41,142 nucleotides of DNA from an uncultured archaeon (GTDB taxonomy: Archaea > Asgardarchaeota > Heimdallarchaeia > Heimdallarchaeales > Kariarchaeaceae). Position 1 is the first letter of the stretch, and each line of letters begins with the position of its first letter. The translations under genes and the position numbers were made by a program. The notes beneath the pieces are model-generated. The model was given only the letters and a program-made list of their open reading frames with translations, made no database searches and was not told the DNA's origin. Location of the stretch: the NCBI GenBank assembly GCA_964645535.1, contig CAZYCQ010000031.1, positions 1 through 41,142 of the forward strand, in the 5' to 3' direction. Below are positions 18,487-28,451 of the stretch, one piece after another.

Positions 18487-19014
18487 GGTTTGACCAAGAG
18501 AATTAAGAAGAGAATCAATCATCTGATCAATTTTATTCAGGACATATTCAGATTCGAGACGGGTTTTGGTCTCATCAAAATGACTTGAATAGGAATAGAC
18601 GGTAGGTTGGACAAAAACAGTTCCAACCTCAAAATTCATGGAATTGATAAGATCCCTGCTTGCAAGATAGCAGTTTGATCCTCCTGCATTCATGACAATT
18701 CCACAGATTTTTCTTTCGAAATAACTTGAAAAAATATCGAGAAAATTCTTGACAACGCCAGAAAAGGTATACATGTAAACAGGAAAGCCAATGATAAATG
18801 CATCCGCAGATTCCAAAATCGGTCGTATCCTTTGAACTGATTCTGGATATTCATCCAAAGATCTTCCGTCACAAAATGGGATATCATAATCTCTCAAATC
18901 CAAGATTTCAGCTTCTGTACCACGTTCCACAAGTTTTTTCCGGGTTTCCTCCAGAACAATTGCGGTTCTTGATCTTGGGTTCAAACTACTCTGGATCAAT
19001 ACTATCTTTGGCAT
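18469..19014 (-). CDS. NADPH-dependent FMN reductase
   Basis: SSLNPRSRT and ADAFIIGFPVYMYTFSGVVKNFLD flavodoxin-like motifs. Confidence 0.9.
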   Translation of the reverse strand: MPKIVLIQSSLNPRSRTAIVLEETRKKLVERGTEAEILDLRDYDIPFCDGRSLDEYPESVQRIRPILESADAFIIGFPVYMYTFSGVVKNFLDIFSSYFERKICGIVMNAGGSNCYLASRDLINSMNFEVGTVFVQPTVYSYSSHFDETKTRLESEYVLNKIDQMIDSLLNSLGQTLSISA

Positions 19015-19111
19015 AAGTTTTTTTTCCTTTGGGATTACTTAATATCTTAGTAATGGGCAAGGGAAAACTTTTCTGCCGAAAGAATATTTAGAGAGGATTC
19101 CATTCTTACCT

Positions 19112-19738
19112 ATGGATTTCCAAACGGTAATCAACAAAAGAAAAATGGTAAGATCCTTCAAGCCGGACAAAATTCCAAAAGAAAAGCTGGACAGAATCAT
19201 CAGAAATATGTTCAAAGGTCCTTCAGCAGGTTTTTCCCAAGGAACAGAGGTACTTGTGATTGATGATGCAGATCAAAAAGAAAAAATCTTCCAGCAATGG
19301 GGGTCAAAAGAGAAAAGGAAAGCAACATTCACAAGATGGCCACATATGGAGGATGCTCCCGTAGTTCTTGTTGTACTTTCAAATAAAGAAGCCTATCTGG
19401 AACGATATGCTGAACCGGATAAAGGTTGGACAGACAAGGATGAAAGCAGATGGCCTGTACCTTTCTGGCATATCGATGCAGGGATGGCCGCCCTTCTTGC
19501 CCTTCTCACAGTTGTCGATGAAGAATTGGCAGCAGTATTTACAGGAGTCCCAGATCCTCAAAAATTTCGAGATGATTTTGGTGTTCCAGAAAATTACACT
19601 CCCATTGGTGCCATCCTCTTGGGGTATCCCAGAAAAAAGGATCCAAAATCTCCCTCCTTGAAAAGAGGTCGTCGTCCAATTGAGGAAATCGCCCATTACA
19701 ATTTTTGGACAGTTCCCTATTCTTTGGATTTGAAGTAG
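19112..19738 (+). CDS. Nitroreductase family protein
   Basis: KRKMVRSF, GPSAGFSQ, IDAGMAAL and LLGYP motifs. Confidence 0.9.
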   Translation: MDFQTVINKRKMVRSFKPDKIPKEKLDRIIRNMFKGPSAGFSQGTEVLVIDDADQKEKIFQQWGSKEKRKATFTRWPHMEDAPVVLVVLSNKEAYLERYAEPDKGWTDKDESRWPVPFWHIDAGMAALLALLTVVDEELAAVFTGVPDPQKFRDDFGVPENYTPIGAILLGYPRKKDPKSPSLKRGRRPIEEIAHYNFWTVPYSLDLK

Positions 19739-19850
19739 TTTTTTGAACAACAAAAATCAGTGGGTTTCTACTAACTAAATTTTATAGGTTATGGCTACAT
19801 CCAATTACCTCGAAACCTGATTTTATATGGCTCCATAAATTCCTTGGATT

Positions 19851-20744
19851 GTGGAATCGTTTTATTTCTCCATAGGATTGGCAGTCCTTGCGGCAATTGC
19901 TTGGGGCATCAACTCCCATATAGTTAAGCATGGAATGATAAATGCCAACCCATATTTTGCAATGCTTGCAAGATCATCCGTTTCATTTCCCATTCTATTC
20001 TTGATTGCGGGTTTCAGCTTCGGTTATGCAAGTCTGACCCAATACTTCTCACCCACAAAGCTGCCTTTGGTAATGGCCAGTGCTTTTTTGATTGTTCTTG
20101 GTGATGGGCTTTTCATGCTTGCCTTAAAGTATTATCCCGTAAAACTAATTGTTCCGATTTCTTCAGTCTATCCATTGGTAACAGCATTCATTCTCATTGT
20201 AGGAAGAGTCGAACAAGTTAGATTCCAAATCCTGGTTGGTACCTTCTTGACAGTCATAGGGATTTATCTTGTTACTCGAGGTGAAGGGAATGGTTCCATA
20301 ACTCTTCGTCCATTGATTTTGGGTTTAACAACTTCTGTTTTCTGGGGTTCATCAATTGTTATCGTACGGCTTATCCTTCAAGATCCAAACACTGAAGCTA
20401 TCGGTTTAACAGGAGCCAGAACTTTTTTCATGGGATTATTTTCCTTGATTCTCCTTGTGACCATCCCAAAATTCAGAGAAGAAATCAGAAATGCGGAAAA
20501 ACAGAATCTGTTGCATACCATCAAATACTTGGCAATGAGTGGAATAATTGGTTGGGTAATCGGAGCAAGTGCATTTTTCTTTGCAGTCCAGAAAATCGGT
20601 GCGTCAATTGCTACACCGATTACAAGTACCAATCCAATCATTGCCTCAATTTTGGGTGTAATCTTGGGAACTGAAAATATTTCAGCAATTCAACTTTATG
20701 GGATTATAATTACAGTAATTGGAACAATTATCATTGTCATATGA
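19851..20744 (+). CDS. DMT/EamA family transporter
   Basis: About 10 TM segments in two repeats (AIAWG...PISSVYP and SVFWG...PITSTNP). Confidence 0.9.
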   Translation: MESFYFSIGLAVLAAIAWGINSHIVKHGMINANPYFAMLARSSVSFPILFLIAGFSFGYASLTQYFSPTKLPLVMASAFLIVLGDGLFMLALKYYPVKLIVPISSVYPLVTAFILIVGRVEQVRFQILVGTFLTVIGIYLVTRGEGNGSITLRPLILGLTTSVFWGSSIVIVRLILQDPNTEAIGLTGARTFFMGLFSLILLVTIPKFREEIRNAEKQNLLHTIKYLAMSGIIGWVIGASAFFFAVQKIGASIATPITSTNPIIASILGVILGTENISAIQLYGIIITVIGTIIIVI

Positions 20745-20910
20745 TATTTTGACCAACACCATCCTTCCGAAATTCGAACCAGTATTTTCATCCATTCGAA
20801 CTTTTCGGAAATTTTTCCAAATCTCGTCAATTTCAAAAATATTTGAATATAGTAGGCTATTTTTTCATTTTTTTCAGATTTACCAGAGGTTCCATACTTC
20901 GCGTGAGTTG

Positions 20911-21033
20911 CGAAAAAGTTTAATAATGCACAAAAATTCGTACCTTACACTCAAAAAAAATACCATCTGTGACGAATTTCCCATTCAGGAAAATGGAAAA
21001 TTTCGTACATTTCGATGGATATTTGGTGATTAA
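20911..21033 (+). promoter_or_regulatory. BRE/TATA promoter and hairpin-containing 5' UTR of the subtilase
   Basis: CGAAAAAG-TTTAATAA (20911-20926); inverted repeat 20972-20985/20992-21006; SD GGTGA at 21025-21029. Confidence 0.5.
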
Positions 21034-23919
21034 ATGAAGAAAAACAGTGCAATTGTTATGATTATTGCAGTCGCGATCGGTTTTGGATTGACAGTTGGTA
21101 GCTTAAATTACATCACAGATGTTAATTCAAACCACGTTGACTTGTTGGTTGGCTTTGAACCTAGTTCAAACCAGAACCAATTGATTTCTACTATCGCAGA
21201 TTATGGTGGAAAAATCCTCAAAAAATTCGACATGATTTCTGCGATGGAGATCAGTTTGCCCTCATCAATGATCGCTAAAATCTCTCAACTTAACGGAATC
21301 CGTTATGTTGAAGAGAATCAGCGATATTATCCAGATGTGATCCCCAATGATCCACAGTGGAGCTCTCTTTGGGGTATGCAGAGAATACAGGCAGATAAGG
21401 CTTGGGACATCACGACAGGTTCCAATACTGTTGTTGTTGCAGTGATTGATGAAGGAATTGATATCAACCATCCAGATCTTGCAGCAAATATCTGGGTAAA
21501 TCCAAATGAGATCCCGGGTAATGGTATTGATGATGATGGTAACGGTTTCGTTGATGATGTCAATGGTTGGAATTTTGTGGACAATACTGGTCAAGTCTAT
21601 GGAGGAGACCCAACTCAAGACACACATGGTACCCATGTAGCAGGTACAATCGGTGCTGTCGGAAATAACGGTATTGGTGTTGTGGGTGTCAACTGGAACG
21701 TTAAAATCATGTCCCTGAAATTCTTGGGACCTCAGGGAGGGTCCACTGCTGACGGTATCAGTGCCATCCAATACGCAACCCAAATGGGTGCAGATATCAT
21801 CTCAGCATCCTGGGGTGGCGGTGGCTTTTCACAAGCCATGAAAGATGCCATTGATGCGTTTCCAGGTCTGTTTGTTGCAGCAGCAGGAAATTCCGGTACT
21901 GACAATGATGCATCACCGCATTATCCATCTTCTTACACATCCGCAAATCTGATTGCTGTTGCTTCCTCCACAAGTACTGACGCAATGTCTTCATTCTCCA
22001 ATTATGGTGCTACATCTGTTGATATTGCAGCACCTGGTTCAAGTATTTTAAGTACTTACCCCAACAACAATTACAACACCATTTCAGGAACGTCAATGGC
22101 AACACCTCATGTTTCAGGAGCTGCTGCATTGCTTTTGGCAAATGATCCTACCCTTACACCACTTCAACTGAAACAGAAGCTTATGGATAATGTTGATCCT
22201 GTTCCTGCATTCAACGGAAAGATTGTAAGTGGAGGCATTCTGAATGTATATCGTGCACTGACTGGTGCTGCACCTCCACCACCACCTCCAACACAAACTG
22301 ACACATTCACAGGAACAGTTTCATCAGGATCACCCGATCAAGTTCATTATTTCGATGTGACAGATACAACATCAAATATTGACGCTACACTCAGTTGGGG
22401 AACATCAGCAGACTTGGACATGTACTTGTATGCACCAGGAGCAAATGTATATGGAACTGGGTATGTTGTTAGAGCTTACACCACTGCAAATCCTGAATCC
22501 TTGACTTATACCCCAACCCAGACGGGAACTTGGGCAATCAGGGTCAATCACTATAGCGGTGTTTCAAGCTCATATACATTGGATGTCACTTATCCAGTTT
22601 CTGGAGCACCCCCAGCAGATACAACTGCACCTACAGTGACCATCAACTCCCCGACAGGAACCGTCTCAGGTACTGTTACAGTTGATGCAACCATCACCGA
22701 TAATGTAGGTGTGGTTTCAGCAGATTACAGAGTCGATGGAGGCGCATGGGTTGCCATGACCAATTCCGCAGGGTCTTCATGGACTGCCTCGTTGGATACC
22801 ACAACCCTTGCCGATGGAACCCATACCCTTGAAGTAAGAGGTCTAGATGCCGCCGGAAATGTAGGAACCAGCTCAGGCTCATTCACTTCAAGCAATGCTC
22901 CTCCCGCAGACACGACTGCACCTACAGTGACCATCAACTCCCCGACAGGAACCGTCTCAGGTACTGTTACGGTTGATGCAACCATCACCGATAATGTGGG
23001 TGTGGTTTCAGCAGATTACAGAGTCGATGGAGGTGCATGGGTTACCATGACCAATTCCGCAGGGTCTTCATGGACCGCCTCGTTGGATACCACGACCCTT
23101 GCCGATGGAGCCCATACCCTTGAGGTAAGAGGCTTGGATGCCGCCGGAAATGTAGGAACCAGCTCAGGCTCATTCACTTCGAGCAATGCACCTCCCCCAT
23201 CTTCAGGACATGATGTATTTACTGGATCCGTAAGTTCAACATCTCCTAACCAGATCTTCTACTTTGATGTCACTGCAACAGGTGACATCGTAGCCACCCT
23301 CTCATGGGCAAGCGGTCCTGATCTGGACATGTACCTCTATGCTCCTGGATCAGATCCAAACGGCAATGGTTGGGTTGTCAGGGCTTACACCCTCAACAAT
23401 CCTGAAACCTTCACCTATGCTGCCACCCAAACGGGAACCTGGGCAATCAGGGTCAACCACTATAGCGGAAGCGCAGCTTCATTCACCCTTGATGTCACAT
23501 ATCCTGTCTCAGGTGGAGGAACTGGCACGGGATCACAAACATTTACTGGATCCGTAAGTTCAACATCTCCTAACCAGATCTTCTACTTTGATGTCACTGC
23601 AACAGGTGACATCGTAGCCACCCTCTCATGGGCAAGCGGTCCTGATCTGGACATGTACCTCTATGCTCCTGGATCAGATCCAAACGGCAATGGTTGGGTT
23701 GTCAGGGCTTACACCCTCAACAATCCTGAAACCTTCACCTATGCTGCCACCCAAACGGGAACCTGGGCAATCAGGGTCAACCACTATAGCGGAAGCGCAG
23801 CTTCATTCACCCTTGATGTCACATTCCCGATCACCTTGGCAGGAAATAATCAACAGGTTCAAACTGAAGCCTTTGAGATCACTACACCAGTAGTTTCAAC
23901 CGTTTTCGATATTATTTGA
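21034..23919 (+). CDS. Secreted S8 subtilase with three PPC-like and two Ig-like C-terminal domains
   Basis: Signal peptide and propeptide; triad VIDEG / HGTHVAG / GTSMATP; oxyanion AAGNS; poly-Pro linker; repeated C-terminal modules. Confidence 0.93.
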   Translation: MKKNSAIVMIIAVAIGFGLTVGSLNYITDVNSNHVDLLVGFEPSSNQNQLISTIADYGGKILKKFDMISAMEISLPSSMIAKISQLNGIRYVEENQRYYPDVIPNDPQWSSLWGMQRIQADKAWDITTGSNTVVVAVIDEGIDINHPDLAANIWVNPNEIPGNGIDDDGNGFVDDVNGWNFVDNTGQVYGGDPTQDTHGTHVAGTIGAVGNNGIGVVGVNWNVKIMSLKFLGPQGGSTADGISAIQYATQMGADIISASWGGGGFSQAMKDAIDAFPGLFVAAAGNSGTDNDASPHYPSSYTSANLIAVASSTSTDAMSSFSNYGATSVDIAAPGSSILSTYPNNNYNTISGTSMATPHVSGAAALLLANDPTLTPLQLKQKLMDNVDPVPAFNGKIVSGGILNVYRALTGAAPPPPPPTQTDTFTGTVSSGSPDQVHYFDVTDTTSNIDATLSWGTSADLDMYLYAPGANVYGTGYVVRAYTTANPESLTYTPTQTGTWAIRVNHYSGVSSSYTLDVTYPVSGAPPADTTAPTVTINSPTGTVSGTVTVDATITDNVGVVSADYRVDGGAWVAMTNSAGSSWTASLDTTTLADGTHTLEVRGLDAAGNVGTSSGSFTSSNAPPADTTAPTVTINSPTGTVSGTVTVDATITDNVGVVSADYRVDGGAWVTMTNSAGSSWTASLDTTTLADGAHTLEVRGLDAAGNVGTSSGSFTSSNAPPPSSGHDVFTGSVSSTSPNQIFYFDVTATGDIVATLSWASGPDLDMYLYAPGSDPNGNGWVVRAYTLNNPETFTYAATQTGTWAIRVNHYSGSAASFTLDVTYPVSGGGTGTGSQTFTGSVSSTSPNQIFYFDVTATGDIVATLSWASGPDLDMYLYAPGSDPNGNGWVVRAYTLNNPETFTYAATQTGTWAIRVNHYSGSAASFTLDVTFPITLAGNNQQVQTEAFEITTPVVSTVFDII
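22606..23196 (+). repeat. Tandem 291-bp duplication encoding Ig-like domains
   Basis: Two copies (period 291 bp = 97 aa) with about 14 substitutions counted by eye, only 2 of them non-synonymous. Confidence 0.95.
23217..23824 (+). repeat. Identical 284-bp direct repeat encoding PPC-like domains
   Basis: 23217-23500 equals 23541-23824 (period 324 bp); no mismatch seen. A diverged third copy lies at ~22300-22600. Confidence 0.95.
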
Positions 23920-23976
23920 TAAGAGAACTTTCCCATTCACAATAAATTTTAATAATTAAAAAAAAATTAGATTTCA

Positions 23977-24255
23977 GTGCCTATTGTAAACAAGCATCCA
24001 ATATCAGGTAAAAGAGAAATCATTTGTAAATCATGCGGTAATTTTTTAGTGTATAATTATTCAGAGACGGTCTACGTTTGCGAAGTATGTGGTAAGCAAT
24101 ATGATCCTAGGAATATATTGTCGGAACTTCATGATCAAAAGAAGCAAAAAAAGAATATTGTCCAAACTAAGGTTCTTCCAACGAAGAAACAGGAACTTCA
24201 AAATGAATGGGCAGAAATTATTGCTCATTTTGAACAAAAAGGAGATCATACATGA
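23977..24255 (+). CDS. Small zinc-ribbon protein (TFIIB-ribbon-like)
   Basis: CKSCG...VYVCEVCG; stop overlaps the next start (ATGA). Confidence 0.7.
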   Translation: MPIVNKHPISGKREIICKSCGNFLVYNYSETVYVCEVCGKQYDPRNILSELHDQKKQKKNIVQTKVLPTKKQELQNEWAEIIAHFEQKGDHT

Positions 24256-25478
24256 TCTCACTGCTCTTTTTTGGATTTTTTGTTATAACTTCAATCTATG
24301 TCTTGACAATGGGATTTGCCCTCCATAGGTTTTTCAAACTTAGGAACGCAACATTTGGGAGAATATTTGTCATCTTGATGTTGGCCTATGTGAAGGTAGC
24401 TTCTGATTATATTTGGCTTGGAACATTCAAAACAAGCTGGAATTTGAATCAAATATTCTCGATCGGGAATTTTTTTGGAGCTTTGGCACTTTATTATTTC
24501 ACAAGCTTATTGGCAAAAGAATGGTTCCCCTTACACATCAAAATTATTCGAACAGCATTGAATATTGTTGTTTTTCTGGCACTATTGGGTTTTGGAATTG
24601 AGTTTCTTTCTCCGGACAATCCAAGATTTCTGTATCTGATGCAAACTTCCAATGGTCTGTCATTTGCAGGGAATCCATTTTTTGCTATGCTAATTTTTGT
24701 TTTTTTTGCCTTATTGACTCTAATGTTTTCCAATCTTTATCTAGAACTTAAGAAGTTTCCAAGTAAAATAATAGATTCAGATACAAGAAGATCCTACAAA
24801 TGGATTTTCGGAAATCTTGCCTTAGGACTGACCCTTGGGTTTTCTGCAATCATGATCATTCCAAGCAATCATTATTTGTTTCAACCCTCACTGATGCTTG
24901 CTCATTTCCTGATTTCATTGTCAATACTTATTATCTTTCGACAAATGGTTTCAAATCCATTTATGATTTTAAATTCAAAATCCAACCTATCAGAACTGGT
25001 AACCTCTGGATTGATCGGATGGGCACTTTTCGGGTTTGTGGATGAAGGTCCTAAAGTTTTCAGTATTTCCGAAGCCTTAATGAATCAGTACAAAATTTCC
25101 GAATCTGAAATTCTTGCCCTTTCAGTCAGTCTGATGACAGTATCCGGCTTAAACCAATCATTTGGCGAAATCACTTTCATAGTACCATTTCCTGCCAGTC
25201 AAGAAAAAGGAATAATTGAGGAAAAGGGAGAGCTATTCATCCTCTGTACTTCGTTCGTGCATCTAGATCCATCAGTAAAGGATGAAAGAATGGATGGCAA
25301 AGTCTTGGCGGTCTATACCATTTTCCTTCCAAAGTTTTTCCTGGTGATGCTGAGAAATGTAGACAAGATTACTGCCTTGGTTAAGGATACAGTTGAAAAA
25401 ACTCGTGATATTCATGATTTCAATACTGAAAAAACATTGTCTGATCTTACAGTCAAGGTTCTCGATCTCCTTCTCTAG
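24252..25478 (+). CDS. ~7TM membrane protein with C-terminal longin/uDENN-like domain
   Basis: Seven hydrophobic segments, then ALFGFVDEGPK and SFVHLDPSVKDER; paralogous to 2469..3650. Confidence 0.7.
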   Translation: MISLLFFGFFVITSIYVLTMGFALHRFFKLRNATFGRIFVILMLAYVKVASDYIWLGTFKTSWNLNQIFSIGNFFGALALYYFTSLLAKEWFPLHIKIIRTALNIVVFLALLGFGIEFLSPDNPRFLYLMQTSNGLSFAGNPFFAMLIFVFFALLTLMFSNLYLELKKFPSKIIDSDTRRSYKWIFGNLALGLTLGFSAIMIIPSNHYLFQPSLMLAHFLISLSILIIFRQMVSNPFMILNSKSNLSELVTSGLIGWALFGFVDEGPKVFSISEALMNQYKISESEILALSVSLMTVSGLNQSFGEITFIVPFPASQEKGIIEEKGELFILCTSFVHLDPSVKDERMDGKVLAVYTIFLPKFFLVMLRNVDKITALVKDTVEKTRDIHDFNTEKTLSDLTVKVLDLLL

Positions 25479-25525
25479 AAATAGGCGAAAAGACCTATAA
25501 AGTGTGAACATCAGGCTCATTCAGC

Positions 25526-26230
25526 ATGAAGCTCACAAAACTGTATTTCACCTTGGTCTTCCTTGTGATTATTGCAGGATTGCAGATGCCAGCATCCGCA
25601 CAGAATTCAACACCAGTTGTTGTGGAATATGATGTTCTCAACAACCAAAATGCAACAGTGACATGGTATGATGAAAACTTCAATCCGATCCACTACCAAT
25701 TTTCAGAGGATGACAACCTAACAGTTTCAATTTATGATTTGAATAATTCAGAAACAAACATTGACATCACTCTTGGCAATCTTACCTTAACAAATATCCC
25801 AGATAGCGTTGCTTCAAACAATCTCATACTCTCCTATTGGAAATTGGGATACAGTCTGGGATTTGTTGCAAATGCATCCAATTGGGAGAATATCAAAATT
25901 GGTGTTGAAAATCTGACAATGTCAGTCCATACTTTTACTGAGAAATCAACCACTGATTTCTTTGGAGTTACATTGTCAATTATAGAAATCGTATTTGAGG
26001 ATGGAGTGCAAGCCACCACTCTTGTCTATGAAAAAGAGACGGGACTGTTGCTTTCTGCTGAGACGGGAGCATTTGGTTTTACCCTGAAATTCAGGATCAA
26101 TACTATCAATGGTGGAACCACCTTTTTTGGAGAACCTAAAACATCTACCACATCATCATCGGAAAATGCCGTTCCAATTGCCATAATTGGTATAATCATG
26201 GGGTTTGCAGTTCGGCGAAGAAAGCTCTAG
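25526..26230 (+). CDS. Cell-surface glycoprotein with C-terminal sorting signal
   Basis: Signal peptide; several NxS/T sequons; tail TSTTSSSENAVP-hydrophobic-RRRKL. Confidence 0.8.
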   Translation: MKLTKLYFTLVFLVIIAGLQMPASAQNSTPVVVEYDVLNNQNATVTWYDENFNPIHYQFSEDDNLTVSIYDLNNSETNIDITLGNLTLTNIPDSVASNNLILSYWKLGYSLGFVANASNWENIKIGVENLTMSVHTFTEKSTTDFFGVTLSIIEIVFEDGVQATTLVYEKETGLLLSAETGAFGFTLKFRINTINGGTTFFGEPKTSTTSSSENAVPIAIIGIIMGFAVRRRKL

Positions 26231-27951
26231 AAACGAACCAATTTTGATATCTCAGATATATAATCCAAGATTTGCGCTTTTTCGATTCGATCCACAAATG
26301 ATGGGTTGCTTTTCATGGCATCATACCATTTCAGAAATTCCTCTTCCATTTTCGCCTCTTCTTGGTCAATATAGTTCAATAAATACCTGTTGTTTTCTTT
26401 GGACACCAGTTCCTTTAAATTTGTAAGGATCTCTTTTGAGCGGTTGATGTCAAAATTGACAAGAGCTATTTTGGCTCGAAGAATGGAAAGAAATGATTTG
26501 AGAAGAAGAGAATTTTCTCTGACAGCAATTTCGTCGATTATTTTTGACGCCTGGTTCAGATCCTCCAAAAGTTCCTGACTTTCTGAAAGCTTGAGCTCCA
26601 TAATCAACAGCTGAGATAACCGAAGGGCAGAATTGATCTTGATTTCAGGATCCGTGTCCTTTGAATAAAGAAGACGCATGAATCCTTGCTTCGCAATTTC
26701 CTTATCGATAAAACGGGGTTTATGGAAATAATCCAAGGAATGCAAATATGTTACATAGGTCAGGACGTTTGGACTTTTTGTTTCCTCAAAAATTTTCTGC
26801 AATTCAGAAACTATCTTTCTTCCTTTTTCTTTTTCGCCCCTGACAAAAAGGATAGTTCCCAAATGAAACATTGTTTTTGCCTTGACCAATACGAAGTTTG
26901 TATTTCCAATGATTTTCAATGCATTCCAGAGATAATCCTCTGCAATTCGAAGGTTACCTTGGAATTGGATGATTTTGGCAATTTCCGTTATAGTCAATAC
27001 TTTTGCTTTGTCATTCTCCAACTGGGTTGCATAACTAAGAGCTTTTTGAAAATTCTCCATTGCTGAAGCAAAATTCCCGATTTGAAAATTGATTTCTCCC
27101 TTGGTTTGATAAATTTGAAATTGGAAATATTTATACCCTTGTTTTTCAAAGAAATCCTGGGCACGAGAAAGATAGGCCAAAGCTTGATTGAACTTACCTT
27201 TCTTTTTGTTGATGTTTCCCAACATCTGGAAGATCAGACCATTGAGAAAATCATAATCCATATCCCTGATTTTTGCCTCAATTTGTTGAACAATGGTTTC
27301 GGCTTCCGTAAGATTTGAAAGTTCCAAATGAATTTGTGCAATTAACAGATTGATTTCCATTTTTTCAAGGTAGGATAATGTTGGAAGCTGCTCTGCTGTG
27401 GAAACTATGGAAAAGGATTGTTTAAAATCTCCTTTATTCAAGGCAATTTTGGCAAGGGATACATAAATACGGCCAAGACCTTCCGTCAAATGGTTCTTTA
27501 GAAGAAAAGATTTGGCATCAGACAAGAAATTCTCTGCCTTTTCAAGATCACCCATATAATAATTCAGTTTTCCGAGAGTTAGCAACAATCTGGATGAAAC
27601 CTGCGACTTCAGCTTTTTTTCCTCGAGAAGACTTCCCTTAATTTTCCGGATTAACCGTTGAGCCTCTTTGAACTCTCCTCGATCAGTCAATATTTCCGCC
27701 TTCATTATCTCAAGCTGGATTCTGTGTTTGGCTTCCAAATATTCTTTTTCAAGGATATTGTCAATTAAATTGAGGCTATCACAAATATTTCCCTTGTCCA
27801 AAAGGATTTCTGCATACAAAACCCCATATTCATTGTTCGGGAGATTGTTGTCCAGATTATTTTTGATATGATTCAAAACGAGCTTTGATTTTCCTTCCCG
27901 ATGAAAAGCCCGAAGTTGATCAAGGGACAAGGACATTATGATTGCTATCAT
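26227..27951 (-). CDS. Tetratricopeptide repeat protein
   Basis: Repeated TPR-like helices (LGKLNYYMGDLEKA, LGNINKKKGKFNQA, KGEINFQIGNFASA). Start may be 27936. Confidence 0.85.
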   Translation of the reverse strand: MIAIIMSLSLDQLRAFHREGKSKLVLNHIKNNLDNNLPNNEYGVLYAEILLDKGNICDSLNLIDNILEKEYLEAKHRIQLEIMKAEILTDRGEFKEAQRLIRKIKGSLLEEKKLKSQVSSRLLLTLGKLNYYMGDLEKAENFLSDAKSFLLKNHLTEGLGRIYVSLAKIALNKGDFKQSFSIVSTAEQLPTLSYLEKMEINLLIAQIHLELSNLTEAETIVQQIEAKIRDMDYDFLNGLIFQMLGNINKKKGKFNQALAYLSRAQDFFEKQGYKYFQFQIYQTKGEINFQIGNFASAMENFQKALSYATQLENDKAKVLTITEIAKIIQFQGNLRIAEDYLWNALKIIGNTNFVLVKAKTMFHLGTILFVRGEKEKGRKIVSELQKIFEETKSPNVLTYVTYLHSLDYFHKPRFIDKEIAKQGFMRLLYSKDTDPEIKINSALRLSQLLIMELKLSESQELLEDLNQASKIIDEIAVRENSLLLKSFLSILRAKIALVNFDINRSKEILTNLKELVSKENNRYLLNYIDQEEAKMEEEFLKWYDAMKSNPSFVDRIEKAQILDYISEISKLVRF

Positions 27952-27995
27952 TTGTAGGTTTAAAGCCTTTTCTGAGTCATCTACATTTCAAAATC

Positions 27996-28394
27996 CTATA
28001 TATAATCCAAAATTTTCTTGGCGGTTTTTTTCTGGTTGTCAAATTGAAAATATGTTTCCAATTTGTCTGGTTTTACCCATTTCCCTTCAGAATGTTCAAC
28101 CAACTTTATGTCAAAATTTGAAGCAGTACAAAGGTATGAAAGTATAATGGCAGGGACACCATTCCGAAGAATTTTGTAGGCATCAACAATTCGGATTGGA
28201 TTGATGTCAATTCCCAGTTCCTCTTTCATTTCCCTTTTCAGACCATTTTCCGGATCTTCATTCTCTTCAAGTCTTCCACTGGGAAATTCCCAGATTGCAT
28301 AGGGAACATCCTCTCGTGGTTTTCTTTTTGCGATGAATACCTTACCCTCATTGAGCAATATACATGAAACTGCTACAATAAACCTTCCACACAT
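27996..28394 (-). CDS. NUDIX hydrolase (MutT-like)
   Basis: Nudix box GRLEENEDPENGLKREMKEELG. Start set at ATG 28394 to avoid overlap with the divergent HAD gene. Confidence 0.88.
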   Translation of the reverse strand: MCGRFIVAVSCILLNEGKVFIAKRKPREDVPYAIWEFPSGRLEENEDPENGLKREMKEELGIDINPIRIVDAYKILRNGVPAIILSYLCTASNFDIKLVEHSEGKWVKPDKLETYFQFDNQKKTAKKILDYI

Positions 28395-28451
28395 TCTAGA
28401 CAAATCAGAAACAATCCTACATCTATTAAACCGTTTCCAAAACCTAAACAT

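Noticed and set aside
20719-21033. 104-aa ORF upstream of the subtilase
   Set aside because: No motifs, overlaps the DMT gene, and spans the likely promoter and UTR.
22606-23824. Repeats as a CRISPR array or mobile element
   Set aside because: The units are in-frame protein domains of 291-324 bp, with no spacers, cas genes or transposase.
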